Below are positions 12,542 to 25,207 of a stretch of 64,000 nt of DNA, piece by piece (position 1 is the first letter of the stretch; every line of letters begins with the position of its first letter). The stretch is taken from assembly GCA_951406725.2 (NCBI GenBank), contig OX597827.1, positions 49,538,001 to 49,602,000 on the forward strand, read 5' to 3'. Both the position numbers and the translations under genes were made by a program. The notes under the pieces are model-generated. The model ran no database searches and was not told where the DNA came from. It saw only the letters and a program-made list of their open reading frames with translations. The DNA is from Octopus vulgaris. Taxonomy: Eukaryota.

Positions 12542-12760
12542 GGCGAGCTGGCAGAAACGTTAGTGCACCAGGCGAAATGCTAAGCGGTATTTCGTCTGTC
12601 ATTACGTTCTGAGTTCAAATTCCGCTGAGGTCGACTTCGCCTTTCATCCTTTCGGGGTCGATAAATAAAGCACCAGTTTCGCACTGGGGTCGATGTAATC
12701 AACTTAATCCCTTTGTCTGTCCTTGTTTGTCCCCTCTCCCTTGTGGGCAATAAAGAAATA
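12542..12760 (+). mobile_element. tRNA-derived SINE, family A (core resembles the Nin/Deu domain)
   Basis: GGCGAGCTGGCAGAAACGTTAG...GAGTTCAAATTCC (B-box)...GCCTTTCATCCTTTCGGGGTCGATAAA. Other copies near 2848, 15555, 24045, 26073, 28351, 50911(-), 58172, 59575 and 61694(-). Confidence 0.85.
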
Positions 12761-13804
12761 TATATATGTATGTATCTATAAGTATGTATTCATACACACA
12801 AACACACACATACATACATACAGACATACAAATTATTTCTGCTTGCTTCAAAGTTTGGAATGTCTAACAACGGCTGAATCAGTTCTTATTTGAAGTTGCT
12901 GCCCTTCTAAATGAGTTTGGGACCATGTCTTGCTCATACTTAACATTTAGCACATAGCATCTATGACTTGGCGCTGTTCCTGACCTGTTTTATTGTACAC
13001 ACACACACACACATTCACACACACTCGTGTATGTGAGCAATAACTAAATTCACACACAAGGCTTTGCTGATCTAAATGATGTAGCTGAAGATAGTTCTCC
13101 AAGGTGCAGCACAGTGGGGCTGAACCATGTGGTTAACAAAACAAACTTATTATCTAAAAACTTATATTCAGATACATACATTATCATCATTTAATGCCTA
13201 CTTTCCATGCTAGCATGAGCTGGAAAGTTCACCACAATTGGAACCAACATTTATTTCAAATGGCACTATACCCTTAGCTGAGTCACAGGACCTCATTTTA
13301 CCCACATTTCCTTTTCTACTTGGTTTCTACCATTTGATGCTCTTCCTAACACTAATCCCTTTCTAGAGTGTACTGGGTACATTTTTTCGATGTACCAATA
13401 CTAGAAGAGTGTCGTGTCTTTCGAAGGACTAAAGGGCCCTCACAACCTCACACGTTATAGCGTGTACAGGATGCATTTTCCGTAACTCTAGTATAAGAGA
13501 GGGTGATGCTTCCTTGACATTGCTAAAGGGAGCTTATAACTACACAACCCTTTCTCACTCACCAACCTCTCTGAAAAGTGAGGAACCTTGAGTGATAGAA
13601 AAATGAATGACAATGGTGAGAGGGATGAGGAAAGAAGTATACAATGGGAGTCTGCAACAGTTGGAAATGATCTTTCCATGATGAAGGTTGAAGTAGGAGA
13701 TTTAGGAAACAGAGAGACCCTTCTGGTGAGAGGCTAATGGTGGATGGACCTCAACTGTCACAACTGATGGAAGGACTCTGAAGATTGATATAAATATGAA
13801 GACT

Positions 13805-14219
13805 CTCTTACTCTTTTACTCTTTTACTTGTTTCAGTCATTTGACTGCGGCCATGCTGGAGCACCGCCTTTAATCGAGCAACTCGACCCCGAGACTTATT
13901 CTTTGTAAGCCCAGTACTTATTCTATCGGTCTCTTTTGCCGAACCGCTAAGTGACGGGGACATAAACACACCAGCATCGGTTGTCAAGCAATGCTAGGGG
14001 GGACAAACACAGACACACAAACACACACACGCATACATATATATATACATATATACGACAGGCTTCTTTCAGTTTCCGTCTACCAAATCCACTCACAAGG
14101 CATTGGTCGGCCCGGGGCTATAGCAGAAGACACTTGCCCAAGATGCCACGCAGTGGGGCTGAACCCGGAACCATGTGGTTGGTTAGCAAGCTACTTACCA
14201 CACAGCCACTCCTGCACCT
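13805..14219 (-). mobile_element. tRNA-derived SINE, family B, near full length
   Basis: Head GGAGTGGCTGTGTGGTAAG...GGTTCAG, CORE-like CTTGGGCAAGT, internal CA/TA microsatellite, (GTAAAAGA)n tail. Confidence 0.85.
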
Positions 14220-14400
14220 ATTTTAACTGCTGGATATTTTAACAAAAAAAGAATATATAATTGACAGCATTTAATTTTCAATTCAATAATGAAACAATGA
14301 TAAATCTCATCATTGTTTGATTTCACTTTTTCAATATCAGTGTCAAATCGACACTGGAAAAAGTATATGTATTTGTGAAGGGATCTGACTTCTCATCGAC

Positions 14401-14468
14401 AACCATGATTGTCACACACTGATGAAAGGTAAACACCTTGAAACTCGGGTACGTGTGTATCATGAGTT
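14401..14468 (+). ncRNA. Type I hammerhead ribozyme motif with extended stem I
   Basis: CTGATGA 14419-25. Stem II aaggt/acctt with loop aaac. GAAA 14440-43, ctcggg, GTA cleavage triplet ending at 14451. Stem I cacac/gtgtg plus distal catgat/atcatg. Confidence 0.72.
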
Positions 14469-15554
14469 GAAGACGGGGAGGATGACTCCTCTTCACAAAT
14501 ACTGACAGGACACAGATAGTGTGTCTATAGCCAGCTGGAGGAGATATCTTCCTGGGGCTACAAACTACAGTAGCATCCACCCTTATGGGTTAGCCATATT
14601 CAAATGGCATATATGCATCAATAATGAAAGTTTATTTGCAATTACTAAGGGAAAAATAAAATTTTAAGTACAAATAGCTGTTCGACTTTGAAAACGTTTT
14701 AATTTTTAAACACAATATTAAAAAACAGATTTTCTAGAGGTGACAAGACTACAGACTCGAGATATTTGCAGAGAATTGATAATTCAGAGAAGTAATATTA
14801 AATACTAAGAGAATTAATATTAAATGTGATACAATAGCGTTAGGAAGGGCATCCAGCCGTAGAAACACTGCCAGATCAGACTGGGCCCGATGCAGCCTTC
14901 TGGCTTCACAGACCCCAGTTGAACCGTCCAACCCATGCTAGCATGGAAAGTGGACGCTAAATGATGATGATGATAATGATGAATAGCAACCAACACACTC
15001 CCTTATCAGACAAACATGTAACTTCTTACCCTAAAAGGATATCACATTGTTCCTGTTTCTAATGTAATAAAAAATCTGTCTGCCTGACTTATCTTCATAC
15101 AGAGACATGTACACATTCACAAACACACACAAGCTTACATCTACCTGATGTACAAAATACATCTGCAGAAGTGCGTTTGTGTGTGTACATGTACATACAC
15201 ATACATGATCATGTATGTTTTGTGTACAAGGAAACCTATACCAAATGTAGAAACACACATGCATATGTATGCACATTCACACACAAATGCACATACACAC
15301 ATATGCACTTGAATACATGTCTGTGTAATGTACACAGCCACACAATACAGAAACATACATGTGCACACACACACACATATATATATAAATATGCATGTAT
15401 GCATACACATATAGACATACATATATACATGTATGCAAACACACACACATGCGCATGTGCACACACACACATACACACACACACACATGTAACAGGTTTA
15501 ACATTTTGGTTACAGCTAAAGAGATATTCTTCAGTCAATTAAAACTTCCTAGAA

Positions 15555-15950
15555 GGCTACGAGCTGGCTGAAACGTTAGCACGCCAGGCGAAATGCTTAG
15601 CAGCATTTCATCTCCCGCTACGTTCTGAGTTCAAATTCCGCCGAGGTCAACTTTGCCTTTCATCCTTTCAGGGTCAATTAAATAAGTACCAGTTATGCAC
15701 TGGGGTCGATATAATCGACTTAATCCGTTTGTCCGTCCTTGTTTGTCCTCTCTGCGTTTAGCCCCTTGTGGGTAGTAAAGAAATAGGTATTTTGTCTGTC
15801 TTTACATTCTGAGTTCAAATTCCGCCAAGGTCAACTTTGCCTTTCATCCTTTCAAGGTTGATAAATTAAGTACCAGTTGCATACTGAGGTCGATCTAATC
15901 AACTTAATCCCCTTCCCAAAATTTTTGGCCTTGTGCCTTGAGTACAAAAG
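15555..15950 (+). mobile_element. SINE family A with internal partial duplication
   Basis: Two successive TTCTGAGTTCAAATTCCGCC...GCCTTTCATCC cores. Confidence 0.8.
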
Positions 15951-16019
15951 AATTAAAACTTCCTAGAATGCAATACCACAACAAATAAGATGGAATTATT
16001 CCTAATCAAACAACCAGAC

Positions 16020-16198
16020 CTTTTTAAGCTGTTGTATTTCTGCAGACTTGGCTTCACTATCCTCCTGTAGAACATGCAACTTCATTTTCACCGTTTCTAA
16101 ATCTGTGATAGTCACTTGGTGTTCTTCCAGCTTTTGTCGTAGAGATCGGATTTCTGTTTCTCTTTGGACACGACTGGCTTCTAGGTCACTGACTGTGG
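16020..16198 (-). CDS. FAM184A: FAM184-like internal exon (179 nt, phase 1-0)
   Basis: (A)TVSDLEASRVQRETEIRSLRQKLEE...IQQLKK. Acceptor ttcttacag|CC restores the phase left by the previous exon. Donor AAG|gtctgg. Confidence 0.83.
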
Positions 16199-16601
16199 CT
16201 GTAAGAATAAAACATAATACTGGTGACCATGGGCTATCAACACTGCCAAATGCAAAAACAAAAATGTATGACACACAAGACCATAACTAGCCATAGTAAT
16301 ATCCACAGTACTGACCAATTGCAGTTACATTCTGGACATGGTAAAATCTGTATTTTTGACCAGTGTAACACAGTACTGACCAGTAACATCCACACTCTCG
16401 ATCACAGTAACAACTCCACAGATCACTGAAACATTCAGACCACAATAACACTTGCAGAACTGACCAGCTACAAACATGTGCCTCACCACAGTAGGCCTGC
16501 ACCACTGACCACCCAAATAATCATATCACAGACCAATTACAACCACAGTGAAAACTTCAGCAACACTTACATCACCAATTTCTTAAATGCAAGTTTAATA
16601 C

Positions 16602-17011
16602 TCTTACTCTTTACTCTTTTACTTGTTTCAGCCATTTGATTGCGGCCATGCTGGAGCACTGCCTTTAATCGAGCAACTCGACCCTGGGACTTATTCTTTT
16701 GTAAGCCCAGTACTTATTCTATCGGTCTCTTTTGCCGAACCGCTAAGTAACGAGGACATAAACACACCAGCATCGGTTGTCGAGCAATGCTAGGGGGACA
16801 AACACAGACACACAAACACACACACGCATATATATATATACATATATATGACAGGCTTCTTTCAGTTTCCGTCTACCAAATCCACACAAGGCTTTGGTCG
16901 GCCCGAGGCTATAGTAGAAGACACTTGCCCAAGGTGCCACGCAGTGGGACTGAACCCAGAACCATGTGGTTGGTAAACAAGCTACTTACCACACAGCTAC
17001 TCCTGCGCCTA
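16602..17011 (-). mobile_element. SINE family B, near full length
   Basis: Very similar to 13805-14219. Confidence 0.85.
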
Positions 17012-17218
17012 TGTTGAAATTATTTTCAAAAAGGACTCTCAATGAACGGAAGTGTTATGTCTGTAATATTTTTTGGTTATGGACCAAGATATAATACAAA
17101 AGATATGTTTAAAAGAAAAAGTGAATAGCAATGATGGGATTACTAAGTGGATGGAGCCAAGGATGAGGTGCTGGAGATAAGAATGGTGTGTAATGAGATG
17201 CAAAGTGAACGTTCTTAC

Positions 17219-17339
17219 CAGACAACTTCAAGATATTTGCTTGTTGCCGCTTTATTGTGCTGTCTTTTGTGATGGCCTCTTCTTGCAATAACGTACACAG
17301 AGATTGTTCTTCTGACAATGCCACCTGAGATTCTGCCAA
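17219..17339 (-). CDS. FAM184A: FAM184-like internal exon (121 nt, phase 0-1)
   Basis: LAESQVALSEEQSLCTLLQEEAITKDSTIKRQQANILKLS. Acceptor tttccag|TTG, donor G|gtaaga. Confidence 0.82.
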
Positions 17340-17699
17340 CTGGAAATGATGACAGAGAAATAGAAATATTGGCATAAACAACAAAGAAAAAGTAAAAGGA
17401 GAATCATACAAATGATGGGGTTTTTTTTTATTACTGTTGGTATTGTTTCGTGGGTCCTCTCCAGCATCACCACATGCTAAACTTCATTCTTATAAATAAT
17501 GACCCAAAGATAAAGCTGCATTAGATTAGCTTTTGAGTTTAGCAGAAATGGTAGGCGTACCACAATAAATAAATGTAAATATCCTCCAAAGTCTACAAAT
17601 AAGATGAAGCAGATTAGAGAAAAAGCTACACAGGAATTTTAGTGTTTTTCATCTTTTTCTGACTTAAGTATAAGTCAACAGTCCCTCACAATCTCTTGA

Positions 17700-18420
17700 C
17701 TAAAAGAATAAATGGAAGGACTGATTCTCGCTGCACAAGACCAATGCCTGATCACAAACAACTATAAAAGCAAAATAATCAAAACAGGCCTGAACAGCAA
17801 AACAATGAAAACAGGACCTAACAAGCAAATAGTCAAAACGGGCCCTAACACCAAATGCAGAATGTGCAACCAGCACAATAAGACAATTTACCACATCACC
17901 TCTGGCTGTCTAGTCCTAGCCAAATCTGAATATATATATATACAGACATGACTGAGTAAGTTGTTATATCCCCTGGGCAATATGCCAACCCTACAACATA
18001 AAAAGTAACAGGAAATGGTATAAACATGTTCCAAACAAGGTACATGACAACGACCAGGTCACAATCATCTGGGATATGCCTGTTCAAACTGTTCAAAGAA
18101 ATCAAAGCTAATTCCCCAGACATAATAACCAAGGAGTGGAAAAAAAAATTACCTGTTTACTGATAGACATTGCAGTTCCTTCTGGTCAAAATATTGTCCA
18201 AAAGGAAGTGGAGAAATTATCAAAGCACAAAGATCTTAAAGCTGAAGTATCCAAAATGTGGAGCATGAAGATGAAAACAATACCAGAAATAAGTGGAGCA
18301 TTGGGTATTAAAAACACATGAATAAAAACGTAGAAGCTATACCTGGACCCTCAACACTACACACTATCCAAAAAATAGCCCTGCTAGGAACAGCTCACAT
18401 TCTATGCAAGACACTATTGA
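17700..18420 (+). mobile_element. R4/Dong-type non-LTR retrotransposon 3' fragment (CCHC knuckle and restriction-like endonuclease), frameshifted
   Basis: EGLILAAQDQ..CRMC..TIYHITSGC, IIWDMPV, SPDII, CLLIDIAVP..EKLSKHKDL..GALG, IQKIALLGTAHIL across broken frames. Confidence 0.8.
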
Positions 18421-18489
18421 CTCAATAGTAGAACCCAAATAAAACAATCCACAAACACAGGACACACTCTATACAGTAAATATCCCAGT

Positions 18490-18766
18490 GCCGCCTCGAC
18501 TGGCTTCCGTGCCGGTGGCACATAAAATACACCAATCTGACCGTGGCCGTTGCCAGCCTCGCCTGGCACCTGTGCAGGTGGCACGTAAAAAGCACCCACT
18601 ACACTCACGGAGTGGTTGGCGTTAGGAAGGGCATCCAGCTGTAGAAACATTGCCAGATAAGACTGGAGCCTGGTGCAGCCTTCTGGCTTCCCAGATCCCC
18701 AGTCGAACCGTCCAACCCATGCTAGCATGGAGAACGGACGTTAAACGATGATGATGATGATGATGA
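18490..18766 (+). mobile_element. Repeat family C (RTE 3' UTR or an RTE-tailed SINE) with (GAT)n tail
   Basis: GGCACGTAAAAAGCACCC...GGTTGGCGTTAGGAAGGGCATCCAG...CCCATGCTAGCATGG...(GAT)n. Copies near 14838, 20430(-), 21226, 32400(-), 40140, 49345, 51190 and 52940. Confidence 0.8.
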
Positions 18767-19454
18767 ACATATGCTCTACAAGTCAGATACCCAACAGAAG
18801 AACACAACTCGTATTACACACACAACACACAATATGAACACAGTTTCAGCTGGGTTGGTAATGAAAGGGTTAAAGTATTAGGCAAGTAAATGAGATCATA
18901 TCCTACAGAGATACTGGTGGTTGTGTAGGATTCAACTCATTGATTTATTTATTTATTTACTTCCTCTCAAATGTTACTGTCCTTAACTTTTCTTTTGTAC
19001 TTAGTTATGCTCCACTCCTAAAAAATACAGGTCAGGAGTATTTTTTAGAAGGCTAAGGCTTTCTACACTGATGGAGAAGAAGGAACTAGGTACCTGGTCC
19101 AAATACCTACAACAGACTAGACTTTACTAAACGGTGTCCTTAGGAACATAAGAGGGTGGGGATGATGGTACTAAATGGATTAAGTCTTGTACCCAGGAGC
19201 AGATACCCAATGTCTAATCAACTCCACTCATAAGATTAGAGTAAAAGATACCTGCACATGGTTACATGCACAGCAATTGCACTGCATGGTTGTGAAAATA
19301 ACATCTCAATGAGTGATCAATAAGTAGTCGGTTGGTCAATAAGTTAGTAGGTAAGCAATCTCAAATTTACATCAGATTCACAGGTTATTTATTTCAAATT
19401 ACACACGTCATTCTTTTGGCACCATGACATGAACATAAACCTGCAAAAATTATA

Positions 19455-19820
19455 TCTTTATATATAAAAGTGAAGTTGTGTGTCTGTCTCCTACGATTTA
19501 GATTCCAAACTACTCCCACATTTTGCGGTGCAGTTTAACCAAAATCGGGTATCTTATAGTCGTGATTCATATCGAGCCCTTCTGGGTATTAGCGCGCGTC
19601 TACAATGAGTCTACGATTTAAAAAAAATTTACCATCATTTTTTTCGCTATTATATAAGGGAAGTAACTCTCTAAAAATGTCTACCATGAGTCAACGATTT
19701 AAAAAAAATTTACCATCATTTTTTTTCCATTTTTTTGCTATTTTTTGGCTATAACTCTCTAAAAATGCTTATATAGTTATTTCCCTTACAAACCCGAGCA
19801 ACGCCGGGCAATACTGCTAG
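19455..19820 (+). mobile_element. Non-autonomous Helitron (short copy)
   Basis: A|TC 5' end, subterminal hairpin CCCG-agcaacgc-CGGG, CTAG|T 3' end, no TSD. Ends 65 bp from the FAM184-like donor at 19886. Confidence 0.85.
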
Positions 19821-19885
19821 TCAAAAATAAAATCCCAAAGAGAAACAAAACAGAAAAAAAAAAAGAAATGGGTATCATATCTCAC

Positions 19886-20386
19886 CTTTGAGTTTAAGTT
19901 AGAAGTGCTGTCATCCCTGTCTTCTAACTCCTTCTTGAGAAGAGCCAACCGTGATTTATACTTGTCAGATTCTTGCTGAATCCGACTAATCTCGTTCTCA
20001 AGATGTTCAACTCTGCGACTGTACTCCCCCTTCACCTTACTCACTTCTTGCTCTAATTTCCCTTTGTCAGACCCCCAGATATGAAAACTGTCTTTAAGTT
20101 CTTTATCTTTCTCTTCAATTAACAGAGATATTTGTTCCATGTGTGCATCCTTCATTTGAGTTATTTTCGTCTCCCATTCTAAGTTCAGATGACTTTTTGC
20201 CTGCTCAAAATCACTAACTTGGTTCTTCCAATGTTCAGCTTCATTCTTGTAGAATGTTATCTGCTGGTCGCTGGCCATGTTTTCATGCTCTTTTATGTTT
20301 TTGGCATCGAGAAGGGTCTTGATTTCCTCCTGGTAGTGCTTATGGAGTTCTTCTATCACAGAATGGTGCTTGTCTTTGAGTTCTTT
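19886..20386 (-). CDS. FAM184A: FAM184-like internal exon (167 codons, phase 0-0)
   Basis: Open coiled-coil frame KELKDKHHSVIEELHK...STSNLNSK. Acceptor tttttcag|AAA, donor AAG|gtgaga. Confidence 0.87.
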
Positions 20387-20881
20387 CTGAAAAAGTAAAA
20401 AAATTATATAATACATATCAACATTATCACCATCATCATCATAATTTAACTCCCATTTTCCTTGCTCACAGAGGTTGGCTGGTTTGACAGGAGCTGGCCA
20501 GCTCAAGAGCTGCCCGGGTACCATGTCGGTTTTGGCATGGTTTCTATGGCTAGATGTCCTTCCTAACACTAACGACTTGTGTGTATATGTGCGTGTGTGT
20601 AAGTATATATATATATATATATATAATAAAAATTAGGGAATAAATCCAAACTTACAATTATTTATTAGCCTTAATTAGCTCCCTATTTATTGGTTTATGT
20701 TCTAGTATTATAAATATACTAAGTGATTTGTAGTACATATTATATTAGTTTATTTTAGTTATATAGGTTCTGTTTTTAATTATAGTTAGATTATAGATGG
20801 TTTTTCATTGTATTAATAAATATTTTATTACTGAATAATAAATATTTAATGGTTTATTGAATATTGAGTCTGATTCTGAAA

Positions 20882-20944
20882 CCACCTGATGAATGTCTAC
20901 TACTTATAGAATCGATGACTGAAGACACGAAACGATCGTAGTGG
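20882..20944 (+). ncRNA. Penelope-type minimal type I hammerhead ribozyme motif
   Basis: Stem I ccac/gtgg, CTGATGA 20886-92, stem II (a)tgtct/agaca(c), GAAA 20929-32, palindromic stem III ACGATCGT, GTA triplet ending at 20940. It sits in an AT-rich segment of about 20620-21040. Confidence 0.68.
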
Positions 20945-21160
20945 ATATTAATAATTGTTACATTTCTAAATAATATAAATTAATTTATGGGCTTAAGTCT
21001 TTCTTTGTTTGATTTGCATAATAGTGGTTTTGTCTCTAATTTAATATAATATATACATATATATATATACACACACATATATATATACATATATATATAC
21101 ATATATATATACACACATATATATACATATATATATATACATATATATATACACACACAC

Positions 21161-21224
<64 letters not shown>

Positions 21225-21430
21225 CTGGCACCTGTGTCAGTGACACGTAAAAAGCACCCACTACACTAACAGAGTGGTTGGCGTTAGGAAGGGCATCCAG
21301 CCGTAGAAACATTGCCAGATCAGACTGGGCCTGGTGCAGCCTTCTGGCTCCCCAGACCCCAGTTGAACTGTCCAACCCATGCTAGCATGGAAAGCGGACG
21401 CTAAATGATGATGATAATGATGATATATAT

Positions 21431-21465
<35 letters not shown>

Positions 21466-21588
21466 GATAGATATATATATATATATATGTATATATAGAT
21501 ATATATATAGATATATATATATATGTGTATATATAGATATATATATAGATATATATATATTGTGTATATATATATATATATATATAAT

Positions 21589-21647
<59 letters not shown>

Positions 21648-23055
21648 TCGGTTTTAATGCTTGAACATGAAGTAGATAAAGCTATAAATATTAACATGTA
21701 AATAACAGGTTGAAAAGAATCCTTTGGGTGAAAAAAAATTCAATAGATTCCCATGGTACTTGAACACACACAACTTTTATGACATAATATATATATCCAT
21801 ATATATTATAGTATATTATATTATGTCATATCATTATGACCAAGGGCCAGGATAACTGGTGATATGAGTGTCTTGAGATGTGTACATACAAACACACACA
21901 CACATGACTGGGCACTTTACCCAATTTCTTTTTTCCTTAAGATACCCTCGGCATCTCTTCCTTGATGCCCTTTACTTTTCTTACTACCCAGAAACATTTC
22001 ATTTGTTATCCCCATTCTTCATCCATTAATACCATTCTCTCTTACCCACAATTCATTAATCAATCCACCGCCGCCGCCGCCGCCACCACCACCACCACCA
22101 CCATACACTTCTCACCTTCTCATGCACTACACCCTCCCTTTCACTTCCCCATTCACTCCTGCAACCTACCGAACATTGCCCCCCTCTCTTGTCCTTCTCC
22201 TCTCTACTGTTTAATCATTGCTGTTCTGCTGTTCACCACTGTCAGTCATTCCCTACTTTCCCCACTCTCGTTGCTCTACACTTCTATCTTCTTTTCAAAA
22301 AATGTGAGGAGTCACGTATCTTCTCAACAGCAACAAACCAAACCTGTTCCACTCTGACCCCTTTTACCAATTTTTTACCAATCTTTTACCTCTTCATCTC
22401 CTAACACAAAATTTCCACCCAACCCACCAAGGTTCATAGTCTTTCAAATTACATTAAAGTTTTACTAGTTCTGGGGCCATGTAAAACACACATTATACAC
22501 ACTGTAAAGTGATTGGCTTTAAGAAGGGCGCATCTGGCCATAGAAATTTCTGATTTTGGAACATTGTTTTTAATTTTATTTAGAAATGTTATTTTCACTT
22601 GAAGCAGTTAGAAGGTGGAACTCCAATATGGTCAGAACCATAATATTTTAAAACAACTAAAGAAATTAAATAGATAACAAAAACTATTTAAAAAATAGTT
22701 AGAAAGACACACACATTTGAATCAAAATGGATAATTCGATTTAACGGTAGCGAAATGGTGTAAGGGAGATAACATTGCTGCTAATTACCTCCCTTGGAAC
22801 AGATTTCCATATTTATCTCTATTTCTAAAATAAACGTTTTTAATTTGAATTTCATCACGAATCTTTTGTTGCCGGTATTTTTTCTCTGTTTGGCATGAGT
22901 TGAGAGGCTATGATAGCAACTTGCCATTCATCGTAGCCCTCTTAGTCAGTACACAGCAACAGACAAATGCTCAACTTTGTTGCATTTTTTTTTGTTTCCT
23001 TTTCGGAATGCTTTTGTAGCTGGACTCTGGGTAACTCACCCCCATCAACAACCAT

Positions 23056-23146
<91 letters not shown>

Positions 23147-23256
23147 GTCTGTTTGTCTGTCTGTATGTATGCATGCATGCATATATATATATATATATCT
23201 GTTTGTTTGTCTGTCTGTCTGTATGTATGTATGTATGTATGCATGTATGCATGCAC

Positions 23257-23294
<38 letters not shown>

Positions 23295-23452
23295 GGGGGG
23301 GGAGATGATATCATCTTTCACTCTTCCTTAACTTTTCAAATTTAAATTTTGTAGCATTAATAGTTTCTAAGATAAAATAGTAAACAACCAAGCATACAAG
23401 CTGAACAAAAAAGGAGAGGTACCTAAGTTTTGAAAACATTAGACTGAAATAC

Positions 23453-23821
23453 CTCAGATTTATCAAAAGATTTTAACTTCTCCTGAAAGGCTTTCTTCTC
23501 TTCAAGCATTTCTCCTGAAAATTCCCACAGTTTTTTCCGATAGTTTATCTCAGCTTGGTGCAGTTTTTCTGTCATTTCAATCTGGTAGTCTTCAAAGTCT
23601 TCAGTGAACTTTTTCTGTTGTTCCTGCTGACAGCTGACCAACTTCTCAAGATCAACAATTCGGTCGTGGTGCTTGTTGACTTCCAACAGTTTTTCTTTGT
23701 ATTGAAGGAGTTTAACTTTCATCTGAGATCCAAGCTTCTCTAAATCTTCTTTGTGTTGATCTCTTAGGTGCAACAGCATGTTTTCATGTTCATCTTTTTT
23801 AGTGTTCAAAGCATAAATCAC
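23453..23821 (-). CDS. FAM184A: FAM184A/B-like coiled-coil protein, internal exon (123 codons, phase 0-0)
   Basis: Begins VIYALNTKKDEHE, matching the FAM184 N-terminal signature (recalled as KVIYALNTKNDEHE). Acceptor tttaaag|GTG, donor GAG|gtattt. Confidence 0.88.
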
Positions 23822-24789
23822 CTTTAAACAAAAAGAACAAGAGACAAGCATTGATTAAATATTATTTCCATGAAAAAAATAAGGTGGCAAGCACCAGGCT
23901 AAATATCTTAAAGTAGTTTTTTTTTTTAAAGAAAAAATAGGAACAAAAAAGGATCTCTAAATATCTCCTTTTTAAGGATCAGTTTTTTAAACCTTAGTTC
24001 CAAACTGCTAAGTGTATGGAAAATAGAAAAAGTCTATACCAATAAGGCGGCAAACTGGCAGAAACGTTAGCATGCCGGGTGAAATGCCTAGCAGTATTTC
24101 TTCTACCGTTACGTTCTGAGTTCAAATTCTGCCGAGGTCGACTTTGCCTTTCATCCTTTTGGAGTCGATAAATTAAGTACCAGTTACAAACTGGGGGTCA
24201 ATGTAATCAACTTAATCCCTTTGTCTGTTCTTGTTTCTCCCCTCTATGTTTAGCCCCTTGTGGGCAATAAAGAAATAGGAAAAAGTCTATACTATTGAGT
24301 AGGACACCAGTCTAGCTTTATATCTCCAGAATGATCTGTTGATATAAATTGCAGCTAAGTGACTTGAAGCACACAAAATTAAATATAGCAGCCAAGAACC
24401 CATTACTGTTTCCATATTACCATTGTTCTGGAGTAAAGTATGTACCATGGGAAGATAGCAATGTAATTAGCTGTCATTGACTGCTACAGAGTGACAGACA
24501 CTGTATACATAATTGATTAATGTTCAATGTTTTATTGGTATACATAGTGTTGTGTTGAATGTCACCAATTGGCAGTTCCCTGACGAGGGAGAAAGGGAGA
24601 GCAGTAGCAACTGTCGTACTGGGTACACCTTGTCTACCTTGTTCGTCAACATGAAAATCTATGGGAGTGTACAATTAGACTGGAGGAAGGAGAGGATGCA
24701 GCATGTTGAGGCTATTGCACTGCATTGCATATGATTCATCACTGCATGTTTGGATTATGCAGTATGGTCCTTAGTGAAGTATAAACATG

Positions 24790-25207
24790 GTATAAAAGCA
24801 CCAGGTTTGCTAACTTAGAACTACATATCACAACAAGAACAGAAAAAGAACAAAAACAAAAAATATTGCTGCTATTTATCAGCCTATTTATGGAGTTAAG
24901 ATGGCTCAAATGAAAGGTCGTATCCGAAAGCCATGATTGGTCAGTTTACACACTGGCGCGAAATAGGTAGAGAGACAGACCGCGCTTAGATGCTAACCAA
25001 TCAGATCAGTGGACACAACAAGGTTAAACTAGCCAAAGATGTTTGTAATCTCAAACGAGATCATTCCTAATGTTTTTCTCAAACAGTAAAGATAGCAATG
25101 AAGATAGCAATATTGCTACAGTATAAAAGTACCAGGTTTGCTAACTTAGAACTACATATCACAACTAGAACAGAAAAAGAACAAAAACAAAAAATATTGC
25201 TGCTATT
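24790..25207. repeat. 87-bp direct repeats (24790-24876 and 25121-25207) flanking a 244-bp insert
   Basis: gtataaaag(c/t)accaggtttgctaacttagaactacatatcacaac(a/t)agaacag...tattgctgctatt occurs twice with two mismatches. Confidence 0.9.

Noticed and set aside
16280-16560. Recurrent actgacca motif next to a FAM184-like exon
   Set aside because: Spacing is irregular and identity is low; most likely a decayed minisatellite.
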